Shown: positions 25,537-35,401 of the stretch, in pieces
How the letters are laid out: every line of letters begins with the position of its first letter
How positions within the stretch are numbered: position 1 is the stretch's first letter
Source: Escherichia phage muut
Strand: one strand, 5' to 3'
Length of the DNA: 64,000 nucleotides
Sequence record: NC_052657.1
Translations under genes and position numbers: made by a program
Notes under the pieces: model-generated
Databases searched by the model: none
Seen by the model: only the letters and a program-made list of their open reading frames with translations
What the model was told of the DNA's origin: nothing

Positions 25537-26495
25537 GTAAATTAACAGACGAACAGAAAGCCTTGATTGTATCTATGAAAGCACAAGGTTATTCTTCGCG
25601 TAAGATTGCACAAGAGGTGTTGGGAAGTTCTACTAAGAAGAGCACAGTAAATGATTACTTAGCTCGTGTAAATTCACCACATCGCGGTGCTCCGCAAGAT
25701 AAAGGTGGGCCAGTAATTAAAATTATTGACGTAGAGACAGCACCGGAGATTGTGTATAGCTTCTCACGTTTCAAAGCCTTTATTGCACCTGAACAAGTTA
25801 TTCGTCGAGGTTACTTGCTTTCCTATTCATCTGCTGATTTAGAAACAGGGGAAGTAGAAGGTAAGAACCTTAGCAATTACCCTCTGTTTGACATAGATCA
25901 TACAGATGATTGGGAATTATGTCAAGATCTGTGGCACTTGCTTGACGATGCAGATATTGTGATCGCGCACAACGGTATTAAGTTTGATAAGGCTTATATT
26001 AACCAACGTTTTGCTTTTCACGGTATGGAGCCACCATCACACTATGTTGTAATTGATACACTCAAGGCAGCTAAGAAGCAGTTTGCACTACCTTCTAATG
26101 CGCTTAAAGAAATGTGTTTGTATTTTGATACAGAAAACTTTAAACTTGACAATGAAGGTTTTCCTTTGTGGAAAGCATGTTGTGAAGGAGACAGACACGC
26201 CTTCTTCCGTATGCAAACATACAACGATGGTGATGTTGTTTCTCTTAGAGATCTTTACATCAAACTTCGTGCGTGGATTCCACAACATCCTAACGTATCT
26301 GCATTCTATGACGATGAAAAACTTCGTTGTCCTCGTTGCGGTAAAGAGCACCTTGAAGTTGTTCCTGGTAAGGTTTACACAACAGCGGTTAGTACATTCC
26401 AAGTGCTAAGATGCACATCATGTAATAGCCTGTCTCGTGGACGTGTTAATTTGCGTAGCAAAGAGAAGCGTGTAAACACTGTTATTGGAATTTAA
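25533..26495 (+). CDS. DEDD-family 3-prime-5-prime exonuclease with N-terminal HTH and C-terminal zinc ribbon
   Basis: Exo motifs IIDVETAPE and AHNGIKFDKAYI; C-terminal CPRCG...CTSCN. Confidence 0.5.
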   Translation: MSKLTDEQKALIVSMKAQGYSSRKIAQEVLGSSTKKSTVNDYLARVNSPHRGAPQDKGGPVIKIIDVETAPEIVYSFSRFKAFIAPEQVIRRGYLLSYSSADLETGEVEGKNLSNYPLFDIDHTDDWELCQDLWHLLDDADIVIAHNGIKFDKAYINQRFAFHGMEPPSHYVVIDTLKAAKKQFALPSNALKEMCLYFDTENFKLDNEGFPLWKACCEGDRHAFFRMQTYNDGDVVSLRDLYIKLRAWIPQHPNVSAFYDDEKLRCPRCGKEHLEVVPGKVYTTAVSTFQVLRCTSCNSLSRGRVNLRSKEKRVNTVIGI

Positions 26496-26500
26496 TAAAA

Positions 26501-26524
26501 AGGGGCGAAAGCCCCTTTATTTTT
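26501..26524 (+). terminator. rho-independent terminator (GNRA loop)
   Basis: AGGGGC-gaaa-GCCCCT followed by TTATTTTT. Confidence 0.6.
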
Positions 26525-26533
26525 GGAGGATTT

Positions 26534-26935
26534 ATGACTACAGCACTGGATATTCAAATTGATGGTGATCACTACAAACGTATGCGTATGCAACCTTTGG
26601 AACTTGCATATCTAATTGGTGCAACTCCTTGTTTCACTAAGTTAGCTAAGTATGCTTGTCGAAACAAAGGTGATCGTGTGATCAACCTAAACAAAGCGAT
26701 TCACGTTATTCATATTGAAAAAGAATTGAGTGATAAATATTACAATATGTTGTATGAAGCCTACCCTAACTTAAAAAATCCTGTAAAAATTGAGTTAGCT
26801 AATCAGCTAATTGATTTATACACAGACGATGATCTTGTTCGTAAGGCTTTAAAAGCAATGTATAAAGGTAAGTATATTGAAGCAGCAGATGCTATTGAAC
26901 AATTGAAGGAGAGTGTAGATGGCTTCTCACGGTAA
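26534..26935 (+). CDS. hypothetical protein (133 aa)
   Basis: Track ORF with AGGA RBS. Confidence 0.45.
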   Translation: MTTALDIQIDGDHYKRMRMQPLELAYLIGATPCFTKLAKYACRNKGDRVINLNKAIHVIHIEKELSDKYYNMLYEAYPNLKNPVKIELANQLIDLYTDDDLVRKALKAMYKGKYIEAADAIEQLKESVDGFSR

Positions 26936-27113
26936 ACAATACGGAGAGGGTGAAGTATATAAAATATACAATAAACGTGGAGATAAACTCCTATATACAA
27001 TCACAATCCCAGAAAACATGTGTAAGGCTGGTTTAGACCGTATGCTTTTCTTTAAATATAACATTCCACCTGGAGATTATGTAGCTAAAAAGGTGAGCAC
27101 TATTGGAAAATAA
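26919..27113 (+). CDS. hypothetical protein (64 aa)
   Basis: Track ORF. Confidence 0.35.
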   Translation: MASHGKQYGEGEVYKIYNKRGDKLLYTITIPENMCKAGLDRMLFFKYNIPPGDYVAKKVSTIGK

Positions 27114-27678
27114 AGAACCTAAAGTTATTTGGGGAGATGGAACACCTTGGAAAACTCAAGCAGCCTTTTATACATATTTAAGGGGTTGCTTAAGGAAAGC
27201 ATGGGTGAGACACCCGAATAAGATAAAAAAGATCCAATCTGTACGATTTAAAGCCGATAGGTTGGATAAAGATGGCAATGTAGTTTTAGATAAGAAAACA
27301 GGCAAACCGAAACAGGTTTGGAATTGTCAATGTGAATTGTGTGGACATACAGGAGGTATGAAAGACTTTCAAGTAGACCATATTAATGCAGCAGGTACAT
27401 TAACCTGTTATGAAGATATCCCAAGTTTTGTTTTACGCCTATTATATGTAACAGAAGACGATCTGCGTGTAGTTTGTAAGCAGTGTAACGCTATCCTAGC
27501 TTATGCTGACAAGCACGATATGACATTCAGGGAAGCAAAAGCGGAGAAGGAAGCGATAGCTTTATGCCAGTCTAAAAAGGATAAAAATTGGCTAACGAAG
27601 CGCGGAATTTCACCAGAAAGTACAGTAAGTAAGCGAAGAAAACAAATAGTAAAAATTCTTCTTGACGAAGAGAAATAA
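27103..27678 (+). CDS. HNH endonuclease-like protein
   Basis: CQCELCGH...FQVDHINAAG...CKQCN fits HNH His-Me finger with zinc ligands. Confidence 0.5.
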   Translation: MENKEPKVIWGDGTPWKTQAAFYTYLRGCLRKAWVRHPNKIKKIQSVRFKADRLDKDGNVVLDKKTGKPKQVWNCQCELCGHTGGMKDFQVDHINAAGTLTCYEDIPSFVLRLLYVTEDDLRVVCKQCNAILAYADKHDMTFREAKAEKEAIALCQSKKDKNWLTKRGISPESTVSKRRKQIVKILLDEEK

Positions 27679-27723
27679 TAAAGTATTATCGCTCCCACAA
27701 ATGGGAGCGTTAGAGGAGAAAAT

Positions 27724-28287
27724 ATGGCTAAACTTTATTTCCGATATAGTCCAATGAACAGTGGTAAAAGCACACATCTTCTACAAACAGCTTGGAACTA
27801 TAAAGAAAGAAATATGAAAGTTCTTCTTTTAACTTCAGCTTTAGATACCAGATCTGGTTGTGCTATTGCTTCTAGGATAGGTATTAAAGAGGAAGCAAAA
27901 CCAGTTAAAACAAAAGAAGATATGCTGGAAATTTATACACAACTTAAAGAAAATCCAGTAGATGCAGTATTTGTGGACGAATCACAATTCCTAACTAAAG
28001 ATATGGTTGACATTCTTGGAGATGTGGTAGATAATTACGATATTCCTGTATTCTGTTATGGACTTAAAACAGATTTTGCTACAGAATTGTTTGAAGGTTC
28101 TGAACGGTTATTAGCCATAGCAGATTCAATTACAGAATTGAAAAGCATTTGTAAATGTGGAAGAAAAGCTATTTTCAATGCTAGACTTATCGACTCTAAA
28201 GAACAGATTGTTATTGGGGGAGAAGACATTTACGAAACAATGTGTAGAAAATGTTATAACAGGAGAAATAATGCGTCTAGTATGTGA
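27724..28287 (+). CDS. tdk: thymidine kinase
   Basis: Near-collinear with E. coli Tdk: P-loop MNSGKST, DESQFL, C-terminal zinc motif CKCGRKA...CRKCY. Confidence 0.9.
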   Translation: MAKLYFRYSPMNSGKSTHLLQTAWNYKERNMKVLLLTSALDTRSGCAIASRIGIKEEAKPVKTKEDMLEIYTQLKENPVDAVFVDESQFLTKDMVDILGDVVDNYDIPVFCYGLKTDFATELFEGSERLLAIADSITELKSICKCGRKAIFNARLIDSKEQIVIGGEDIYETMCRKCYNRRNNASSM

Positions 28288-28861
28288 TTGGGATTTAGTA
28301 ATAGCTCCTGCGGATATAGAATGGTTAAATTGGTTAAATGCGGTAAGTAGATCTAATATCAAATTTGATAAGGCACATAAGACTGTGCATTATGATATTA
28401 CGAAATATTTTCCTGATTTTAAAAAACAATTTGGTGTAGATCCTTACTCTTTTTGGGATAACCAACATCTATATGATACTATGGGAGTAGTACCTAATAG
28501 TACAGATGTTGTTCATCGTATAATTGCAAATGGAGCTAATATATCTATAGCAAGCCACACTAAGGGTGGACACCTTAGTTCTAAATATAGACACGTAACA
28601 CGATCTTTAGATAAAGTGGACTTTAGTAGAACATCTGGTAATGGCTTTTTCGCAACAAAAGAAAAATACTTATTACCTTGCGACGTAACTATTGACGATA
28701 GGGCTGAAAATCTTGTCCTATTTCCAGATGAAACGTTGAAAATATATTTCAACACTATTTACGAAGATCCATACTTGGAAGAGTTAAAGAAACTTCCTAA
28801 TGTAATTATCACTGGTTTAGATAATCAGTGGGAAGAAATTGAAAGTATTTTACTACCTTAA
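28271..28861 (+). CDS. HAD-family 5-prime(3-prime)-deoxyribonucleotidase-like protein (tentative)
   Basis: Start reset to ATG 28271 (AGGAG RBS); DxD motif (VCDWDLV) and DD motif (TIDDRAEN). Confidence 0.4.
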   Translation: MRLVCDWDLVIAPADIEWLNWLNAVSRSNIKFDKAHKTVHYDITKYFPDFKKQFGVDPYSFWDNQHLYDTMGVVPNSTDVVHRIIANGANISIASHTKGGHLSSKYRHVTRSLDKVDFSRTSGNGFFATKEKYLLPCDVTIDDRAENLVLFPDETLKIYFNTIYEDPYLEELKKLPNVIITGLDNQWEEIESILLP

Positions 28862-28870
28862 GGAGAAATA

Positions 28871-29842
28871 ATGACAAACTCTATTTCAGCAAAAATTATT
28901 GCACACTCTCAAACATCTGAAGGTAAGGATATTGTTACCTTTGAACTTGAATATCCTCGAATCATTCACTCTGAATTGATGACGCATCGTTTGTTTTCTC
29001 GTAATGCCGCATCAAGTCGAGCTATCCCTGTTAAAACTCTAATTGAAATGGTACGGCAATCTCCCGCACGTCCTTATCGTTTTGGTGCTAACCAACCAGG
29101 TATGCAAGATAAAGGCACAGATCACGATGCCCTGATTGATGCAGGTTACACTGCAAAAGAATGGTGGGACTTGGCTGCGCTAAGTGCTGCACGTTTTGCA
29201 GAAGAGTTTGCCCTTGCTGGTTATCATAAACAGGTTGCAAACCGCCTACTAGAACCATTCCAGCGTATGAAGACTGTAGTAACCACTACAGAGCTAGAAA
29301 ACTTCTTGTGGTTGCGCGTAGATGCTGATGCAGATCCTACTATTGAGGCTCTTGCTAAAGAAATTAAAAAACTGTATGAATCTTCTGAACCATATCTTCT
29401 TTTCCCAGGGGAATGGCATACACCTTACGTTAATCGTGATCGAGATCCAGAAACTGGTATGATCCGTTATTTCTTGGGTGAAACCTTCTCCAACGAGAAA
29501 ATGTTGACAGAAGAGGAAGCAAAAGCTATTTCAGCTTCTTGTTGCGCTCAGGTAAGTTATCGTAAATTGAATGATACTAAAGATAAAGCATTGGATATCT
29601 ATTCTCGTTTGCTGTCTGGACAAAAGGTACATGCATCTCCGTTTGAACACCAGGCAACACCAATGAAAGAAATGGATTTGTCAGGATTAAAACAACAGAA
29701 AGGTGGTATTAATATTCCTCCGTTCCCTACTTCTTGGGAAGAAGGTATTACACACATGGATCGTAAACATCGTTTGTGGAGTGGAAACTTCTGTGGTTGG
29801 ATTCAACATCGTCAACTTTTGACTAACCATACAAAATGGTGA
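28871..29842 (+). CDS. thyX: flavin-dependent thymidylate synthase
   Basis: ThyX signature RHRLFSRNAASSRAIP (RHRxxSxxxxSxR). Confidence 0.85.
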   Translation: MTNSISAKIIAHSQTSEGKDIVTFELEYPRIIHSELMTHRLFSRNAASSRAIPVKTLIEMVRQSPARPYRFGANQPGMQDKGTDHDALIDAGYTAKEWWDLAALSAARFAEEFALAGYHKQVANRLLEPFQRMKTVVTTTELENFLWLRVDADADPTIEALAKEIKKLYESSEPYLLFPGEWHTPYVNRDRDPETGMIRYFLGETFSNEKMLTEEEAKAISASCCAQVSYRKLNDTKDKALDIYSRLLSGQKVHASPFEHQATPMKEMDLSGLKQQKGGINIPPFPTSWEEGITHMDRKHRLWSGNFCGWIQHRQLLTNHTKW

Positions 29843-29859
29843 TCAACTTAAAATTATAG

Positions 29860-29888
29860 TTGACTTTTAATTGAGATTCGTGTAGTAT
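29860..29888 (+). promoter_or_regulatory. sigma70-like promoter (TTGACT-17-TAGTAT) followed by 8-bp hairpin
   Basis: Hairpin AGGAGAGC-tat-GCTCTCCT at 29900-29918, then RBS and ATG 29940. Confidence 0.5.
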
Positions 29889-29939
29889 AGGCTAACGTTA
29901 GGAGAGCTATGCTCTCCTTAAAAGAGAGAAGGAGAATTT

Positions 29940-30350
29940 ATGTCACTAATTAATACAACCATTTGGGCGACCGTAAGTATGTCTACCATTAAGGCTACAC
30001 CGATCTGGAAAGAAATGGCTAAAAAGCACGGAGGAAAAATTCCTCACGAGTATCATAACACTACATTGCGAGCAGCATTAGTAATGCTTGGTATGTCTAC
30101 CGATGGACATTATACAGTAGAACGTGGTGTTAATATTCGTAGTAACAACAATCGACGTGTGGTGTTTGCAAATACTACATTGTATACTTTCCCAGTTCGA
30201 CAAGACTATAAATATAAGCGAATCTATCAAGGTGTAGATATTTTGCACTTTGGAGAAGAAGATTTTACAGGTTGGGGTAGCTCTCATATCAAAATGGAAG
30301 ACTTCGGAAATGAACATGATCCATCACGAGATGATGATTCTGAATTCTAA
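29940..30350 (+). CDS. hypothetical protein (136 aa)
   Basis: Track ORF. Confidence 0.45.
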   Translation: MSLINTTIWATVSMSTIKATPIWKEMAKKHGGKIPHEYHNTTLRAALVMLGMSTDGHYTVERGVNIRSNNNRRVVFANTTLYTFPVRQDYKYKRIYQGVDILHFGEEDFTGWGSSHIKMEDFGNEHDPSRDDDSEF

Positions 30351-30611
30351 TTGAGAGGCCAAATGACAGAAAGTAATAAATATGAAGGCTGTGAAATTGA
30401 AGTCTATTTTGATGAAACATTAGGTTGCAATGTAACAGTTATCCTTGATACATCTAAAAGATTATCCCCAAAAAGACAAGAAGCAGACCGCAAAGCAAAG
30501 GCAAAAGGTTTTGAAGGTATAGATCATTTTGAAGGTTTTCTATACGCAAATGGCTTATATAATGAGATGCGTGGCGGTTATGATGTAGATGTTCTAAACA
30601 TGCACAATTAA
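30351..30611 (+). CDS. hypothetical protein (86 aa)
   Basis: Track ORF. Confidence 0.4.
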   Translation: MRGQMTESNKYEGCEIEVYFDETLGCNVTVILDTSKRLSPKRQEADRKAKAKGFEGIDHFEGFLYANGLYNEMRGGYDVDVLNMHN

Positions 30612-30622
30612 TAGGAGAGGAA

Positions 30623-32884
30623 GTGACTCAGTATCTAAGCAAATCTATCCGTTATGTAACAAAAACAAACGGCAAGAAAGAAGAATTTAATCCAGAAAAA
30701 CTTCGTAAATGGTCAGAGTTTGCTGCTGGTAAATTAAATTGGTCTGAAATTGAACTCGAAGCTGTTAAACGTTGTTACGACGGTGTGCCTACTCGTGATT
30801 TACATAAAGCTATGATAGCAGCATGTATTGATAAGAAAGATCAGGCATATAGTGATATGGCAGGTCGGTTACTTCTTGGTATGATTTATAAACAGGCTCA
30901 TGGGGGATATCACAATATCCCCTCCCTCCTGGATTTCTACAATATGTCTGTAAGTAAAGGCTATTGGGGAAAAATGGATTATACAGAAGAAGAAATTATT
31001 GAGATTGGTAAAATTGTCAATCACGATAAAAACCTAACTTATGGTTATTCCGTACTGCGCCAGATGGTTGATAAGTATCTTGTGAAAGATGCGATCAATG
31101 ATGTTGTTTTTGAATCACCACAGTTTTTATTCATTGGTGTAGCAATGAAGGTAATGGAAATTCAACCAAAAGATCGCAGAGTAGAAGACATTAAACGTCT
31201 ATATACCTACGTAAGTGATCTTAAGATTAATTTACCATCACCTTATTTAACAACGTTGCGTACTAAGATTAAAGGTAGTGCTTCTTGTTGTCTGTTTAGA
31301 GCAGATGATACAGCAGAATCTTTAGCAATTGCTAACTATCTTGCTCATGAATATACATTGAATAATGCAGGTATTGGTGTTAACCTCCAAACCCGTGCTA
31401 CAGGACAAGGTGTTAAGAACAACCGTATCGTTCACGGTGGTCTTTTACCATATCTGAAATGGATGGAAACAAGTGTTGGAGCATCAAAACAAGCAAGCCG
31501 TGGTGGAAGTGCAACAGTAACGTTTACAATATTAGAACCTGATTTTGAAGATCTGGTACGTTTGAAAAACCCAACTACTGTTAGTGAAAAACGAGTAGAT
31601 AAACTTGATTACTCTATTGTAGTAAACAATGCTTTCCTGCGCCGTGCAGCAAAAGGTAAAGATTGGATGCTAGTCAGTTATGACGAAGCACCAGAACTCT
31701 ATGATGCGCTTTATAAAAGCGAGGAAGAGTTTGAAGAAGTATATGAAAAAGTTAGTCGCAAACGAATTAAGAAAAAGTTTGTAAAAGCACGAGATCTTCT
31801 GGCAGAAATTATTACACAAAGAGCAGAGACAGGACGTATTTATATGTTCTTTGCGGATAATGCTAATAAGCATACTCCGTTTAAGGATGTTATTTATCAG
31901 TCAAACTTGTGCCAAGAAATTTTCTTACCTACGAAAGCATTTCACAGTATGACTGATCTTTTCACAGGTGAGAATACAGAAGATCAAGAATTGGCATTAT
32001 GCTTCCTGTCTTCTATTGTAGCTGGTCGTGTTACACCAGAAGAATATGAAGATGTTGCATATTATACCGTTCTAACTATTGATAATGTTATTGAAACAAT
32101 GCAGTATCCGTTTAAACATAACGAAATCACTGCTAAAGCACGTAGGTCTATCGGTGTAGGTATTACAAACCTGGCACATTATCTGGCAAGTAATTTTGTT
32201 ACTTATTCAGATCCTTACGGCAAAAAACTAATTCACGAATTAGCAGAAAGACATTATTACTGGTTAGCAAGAGCTTCTCTTCGTTTGGCAAAAGAGAAAG
32301 GTAATGCAGAATGGATGCATAAAACCAAATGGCCTGAAGGATGGTTGCCTATTGATACCTACGCTAAAGCTGTAGACGATATTGGCAATTTTAAACTTAA
32401 AATGGATTGGGAAGGTTTACGACAAGATATCATTGCACAAGGTGGTATCCGAAATAGCGTATTAGCAGCTATTGCTCCAAATGAGTCCAGTAGTCTTGTA
32501 AGTAATACGACTAACTCTGTGTATCCTGTACGTGATACTATAGTTTATAAACAAAGCCAAAAGGGTAATGTTCTGTTTATTGTGCCAGACTACGATAAAC
32601 TAAAAGATATTTACCAATCGGCTTGGGATACACCAGATAAAGATATGGCTGAAGCATATGGACTGTTGACTAAATTCTTAGATCAAGGTGCATCATGTGA
32701 TAAGTGGATTGACTATTCTAAGATGGAAGGTGGTCGTTTATCCATTAAATCAGAAATGCAATATATTCTTCAGTTTGCAAAACTTGGTGGTAAATCTTTG
32801 TACTATCTAAATAGCAGAACAAAATCGGCAACCTCACTCGCTCAAGAGGATGAAGAATCCGGTTGTGAGGCTTGTAAGATGTAA
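30623..32884 (+). CDS. nrdA: ribonucleotide reductase class Ia large subunit
   Basis: 753 aa; N-terminal ATP-cone-like region; active-site NLCQEI; GTG start with AGGAGAGG RBS. Confidence 0.85.
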   Translation: MTQYLSKSIRYVTKTNGKKEEFNPEKLRKWSEFAAGKLNWSEIELEAVKRCYDGVPTRDLHKAMIAACIDKKDQAYSDMAGRLLLGMIYKQAHGGYHNIPSLLDFYNMSVSKGYWGKMDYTEEEIIEIGKIVNHDKNLTYGYSVLRQMVDKYLVKDAINDVVFESPQFLFIGVAMKVMEIQPKDRRVEDIKRLYTYVSDLKINLPSPYLTTLRTKIKGSASCCLFRADDTAESLAIANYLAHEYTLNNAGIGVNLQTRATGQGVKNNRIVHGGLLPYLKWMETSVGASKQASRGGSATVTFTILEPDFEDLVRLKNPTTVSEKRVDKLDYSIVVNNAFLRRAAKGKDWMLVSYDEAPELYDALYKSEEEFEEVYEKVSRKRIKKKFVKARDLLAEIITQRAETGRIYMFFADNANKHTPFKDVIYQSNLCQEIFLPTKAFHSMTDLFTGENTEDQELALCFLSSIVAGRVTPEEYEDVAYYTVLTIDNVIETMQYPFKHNEITAKARRSIGVGITNLAHYLASNFVTYSDPYGKKLIHELAERHYYWLARASLRLAKEKGNAEWMHKTKWPEGWLPIDTYAKAVDDIGNFKLKMDWEGLRQDIIAQGGIRNSVLAAIAPNESSSLVSNTTNSVYPVRDTIVYKQSQKGNVLFIVPDYDKLKDIYQSAWDTPDKDMAEAYGLLTKFLDQGASCDKWIDYSKMEGGRLSIKSEMQYILQFAKLGGKSLYYLNSRTKSATSLAQEDEESGCEACKM

Positions 32885-32891
32885 TGAAACT

Positions 32892-32912
32892 AGGGGGCTT
32901 TGTCCCCCTTTC
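32892..32912 (+). terminator. putative terminator/attenuator hairpin between nrdA and next gene
   Basis: AGGGGG-ctttgt-CCCCCT followed by TTTCTT. Confidence 0.4.
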
Positions 32913-32924
32913 TTAAGGAGGAAT

Positions 32925-33260
32925 ATGCCTACATTAGTTGTATTACCTGGGGCAACACCACAAAGACGCTGGGGAAATTATACACTGGTAGATAGTAAAG
33001 ATTTTACATTCGATTGGTGTTGTCATTATATTGCAGGTTTTCAATTTTCCAGTGTTGAAATATGGGCTTCCAATGATCCCATAGCTACCTGGTATGCTTT
33101 AACCAGAGCAAGGTATGAGGGAGAGGTTACTATACTACTCACAAAGAGTGTATGGGACGCATTAGAGAAGGCTTACCTAGAGGATGGTATGGAGAGAGAA
33201 CACATTGATACAATAAAAGCAATGTGTGATATTGTGGAGGATTTAAATGGCAGCAATTAA
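32925..33260 (+). CDS. hypothetical protein (111 aa)
   Basis: Start reset to ATG 32925 (AAGGAGG RBS) so that terminator hairpin is not translated. Confidence 0.4.
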   Translation: MPTLVVLPGATPQRRWGNYTLVDSKDFTFDWCCHYIAGFQFSSVEIWASNDPIATWYALTRARYEGEVTILLTKSVWDALEKAYLEDGMEREHIDTIKAMCDIVEDLNGSN

Positions 33261-34332
33261 CTTATACAACGACACTTACAAAGAAGGTTTCTACCCTGTA
33301 TTTTTGGGAGAACAGTTAGGTATTTTTGATTCTATTAATGTAACATACCCAGAAATGCATCGTCTGTACAAACTACAAAAACAGCAAGATTGGGATGAAA
33401 ACGAAGTAAACTTAGATCAGACACGAAAAGATTTCGTAGCTTGTTCTAAAAGCAACTATGATGTTATGATCAAAAACCTATCCTTCCAATGGGAAAATGA
33501 TTCACTTGCTAAATCAATCATCACTTTGTTTGCACCATTTTTAAGCAACAACGAAGCATGTGCAATGATGATGAAGCAATCAGAAATGGAAGTTTTACAC
33601 GCTTTGACATATTCTGAAATTATTCGTCAGTGTATCCCTAATCCAAATGAAGTTATCGATCAGATTATGGAGAATGAAAGAATCTTCCAGAGGATGGGTA
33701 TAGTTGAAGAGATAATGAGTGATCTGGCAGAGGCAGGACATAAATATGCTCTAGGTCTGATTGAGAAGGATGATAACCTTCGTCTACTGATTCTGAAAGG
33801 AATGATTGCACTTATCGGTCTGGAAGGCATTCAATTCATATCATCTTTTGCTGCAACATTTGCCTTAGCAGAGCAGCAACTGTTTGTAGGTGCAGCTAAA
33901 CTCATTCAAAAAATTATGTTGGATGAACTATTGCACGTTAAAATGGATTATGCTATTATTGATGCACTGCTGAAAGATCCTGTCTGGAGAAAAGTATACG
34001 AAGATAATATCGACGTTCTGACAGAAATTCTTGACACAGTAGTTGGACAAGAGGAAGATTGGTGTGACTATCTGTTTAGTGAAGGAAGGATTATCGTTGG
34101 TGGTAACGCAGAGTTGTTCAAACTTTGGGTTTACTTCAATGCTGCGCCTATCTATCGCAGACTGAAAATGAAACACAAATTCCGTGCACCGAAGAAAAGT
34201 CCACTACCTTGGATGGATGTTTGGTTAAATCCAGATCAAATTCAAGCAGCAGCACAGGAGATCCAAATTACAGCTTACAAACTGAATTCAGCAAATAAAG
34301 ACGTAAGTGATGACGAGGAGTTAGACTTTTAA
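33247..34332 (+). CDS. nrdB: ribonucleotide reductase class Ia small subunit
   Basis: 361 aa with ExxH iron-ligand motifs (EVLHALTYSE, ELLHVKMDY); adjacent to nrdA. Confidence 0.8.
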   Translation: MAAINLYNDTYKEGFYPVFLGEQLGIFDSINVTYPEMHRLYKLQKQQDWDENEVNLDQTRKDFVACSKSNYDVMIKNLSFQWENDSLAKSIITLFAPFLSNNEACAMMMKQSEMEVLHALTYSEIIRQCIPNPNEVIDQIMENERIFQRMGIVEEIMSDLAEAGHKYALGLIEKDDNLRLLILKGMIALIGLEGIQFISSFAATFALAEQQLFVGAAKLIQKIMLDELLHVKMDYAIIDALLKDPVWRKVYEDNIDVLTEILDTVVGQEEDWCDYLFSEGRIIVGGNAELFKLWVYFNAAPIYRRLKMKHKFRAPKKSPLPWMDVWLNPDQIQAAAQEIQITAYKLNSANKDVSDDEELDF

Positions 34333-34550
34333 TGAAACTACTTTGTGTTGGATTAATTTCTGACTTCAAAGACGTTTTCGAAAAGGGAGCCTCTTATGAG
34401 GCTTCCGAATTACAGAATGGTTTCTGTGATGTTTACGGTAAACGTTTAAAAAAGAATGGTGATCATTGGCTAGGAGTTATGTCTTGCGGTCACATTATAG
34501 TTAATGGTGTAGCCAAGTTTGAAATTATCAAAGGAGAAAAAGATGATTGA
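34332..34550 (+). CDS. hypothetical protein (72 aa)
   Basis: Track ORF. Confidence 0.4.
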   Translation: MKLLCVGLISDFKDVFEKGASYEASELQNGFCDVYGKRLKKNGDHWLGVMSCGHIIVNGVAKFEIIKGEKDD

Positions 34551-34725
34551 TTTTGTTGATGTAGATATTAATTCTGACTTAACAGAAGATGAAGGTGGCG
34601 CTTTTGTGTGTTCAGATGGGGAAAAATGTTTTACTCTGATGGTAGAAACTTATGATGGTATCACAGAAATTCTGTTAACAGAGAATGAGTTAAAACAGAT
34701 GTTAGAAAAGATTGAGGAGCTTTAA
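34519..34725 (+). CDS. hypothetical protein (68 aa)
   Basis: Track ORF. Confidence 0.4.
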   Translation: MKLSKEKKMIDFVDVDINSDLTEDEGGAFVCSDGEKCFTLMVETYDGITEILLTENELKQMLEKIEEL

Positions 34726-34726
34726 T

Positions 34727-34867
34727 AATGGATGATGTAAGTATTTGTCCTATCTGCGGCGGCACTGGGAATTTTATTGTTAGTATGGAACAATTTATTC
34801 CTTGTTGGAATTGTAACGGCTTAGGTTTCGTTCATACAGAAGAAAAAGAAGAAGAGGAAGATAGTGG
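34727..34867 (+). CDS. small zinc-ribbon protein (46 aa)
   Basis: Sub-cutoff ORF with GAGGAG RBS; CPICGG...CWNCNG. Confidence 0.4.
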
Positions 34868-35190
34868 GAGTTGATATTGCATGGCGTATGTTACAGGGTG
34901 CACCTTTTAATAAATGGGAAGAGGCTGTAGGAGAAGATCCTAGAATTGAAGAAGAATTTGATGGAGATTTTAATTGGTTCTTACAAGAAGGTCTTGATTT
35001 AAGCCGTATCTCACCTTTCTATGACGCTGATGCATCTTATTGCATATATGGGATTTATTTAGAAGGTGGCGAAGGAAGTATAGCTGTAGATCTTGAGCAA
35101 CTAAATAAGAATGCAAAAGAAGCCTACGCACAACTTCTTGAAAAATATAACATTGAAACGGAAACTATTATTTCTCAACACGTTTGGTAA
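34864..35190 (+). CDS. hypothetical protein (108 aa)
   Basis: Track ORF. Confidence 0.4.
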   Translation: MGVDIAWRMLQGAPFNKWEEAVGEDPRIEEEFDGDFNWFLQEGLDLSRISPFYDADASYCIYGIYLEGGEGSIAVDLEQLNKNAKEAYAQLLEKYNIETETIISQHVW

Positions 35191-35203
35191 GGAGGATAGT
35201 AGA

Positions 35204-35401
35204 ATGATGCTAGATCAACTGATCAATGCTCCTCGCGTAACAGTAAGTCCAAAAACATTTGCATCACTTTTAGAAGATGCTAGAGAGGTTTATAACTTTA
35301 CTGAAGAAGAGCTTCCTGTTCCTGTTAAAAAAGGTTCCAGATGGTTGTTTTATGAAGGTATTATTTTTACTGAAGGGAATAATTGGAAGGAGACTAAATG
35401 A
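35204..35401 (+). CDS. hypothetical protein (65 aa)
   Basis: Start reset to ATG 35204 (AAGGAGG RBS). Confidence 0.4.
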   Translation: MMLDQLINAPRVTVSPKTFASLLEDAREVYNFTEEELPVPVKKGSRWLFYEGIIFTEGNNWKETK

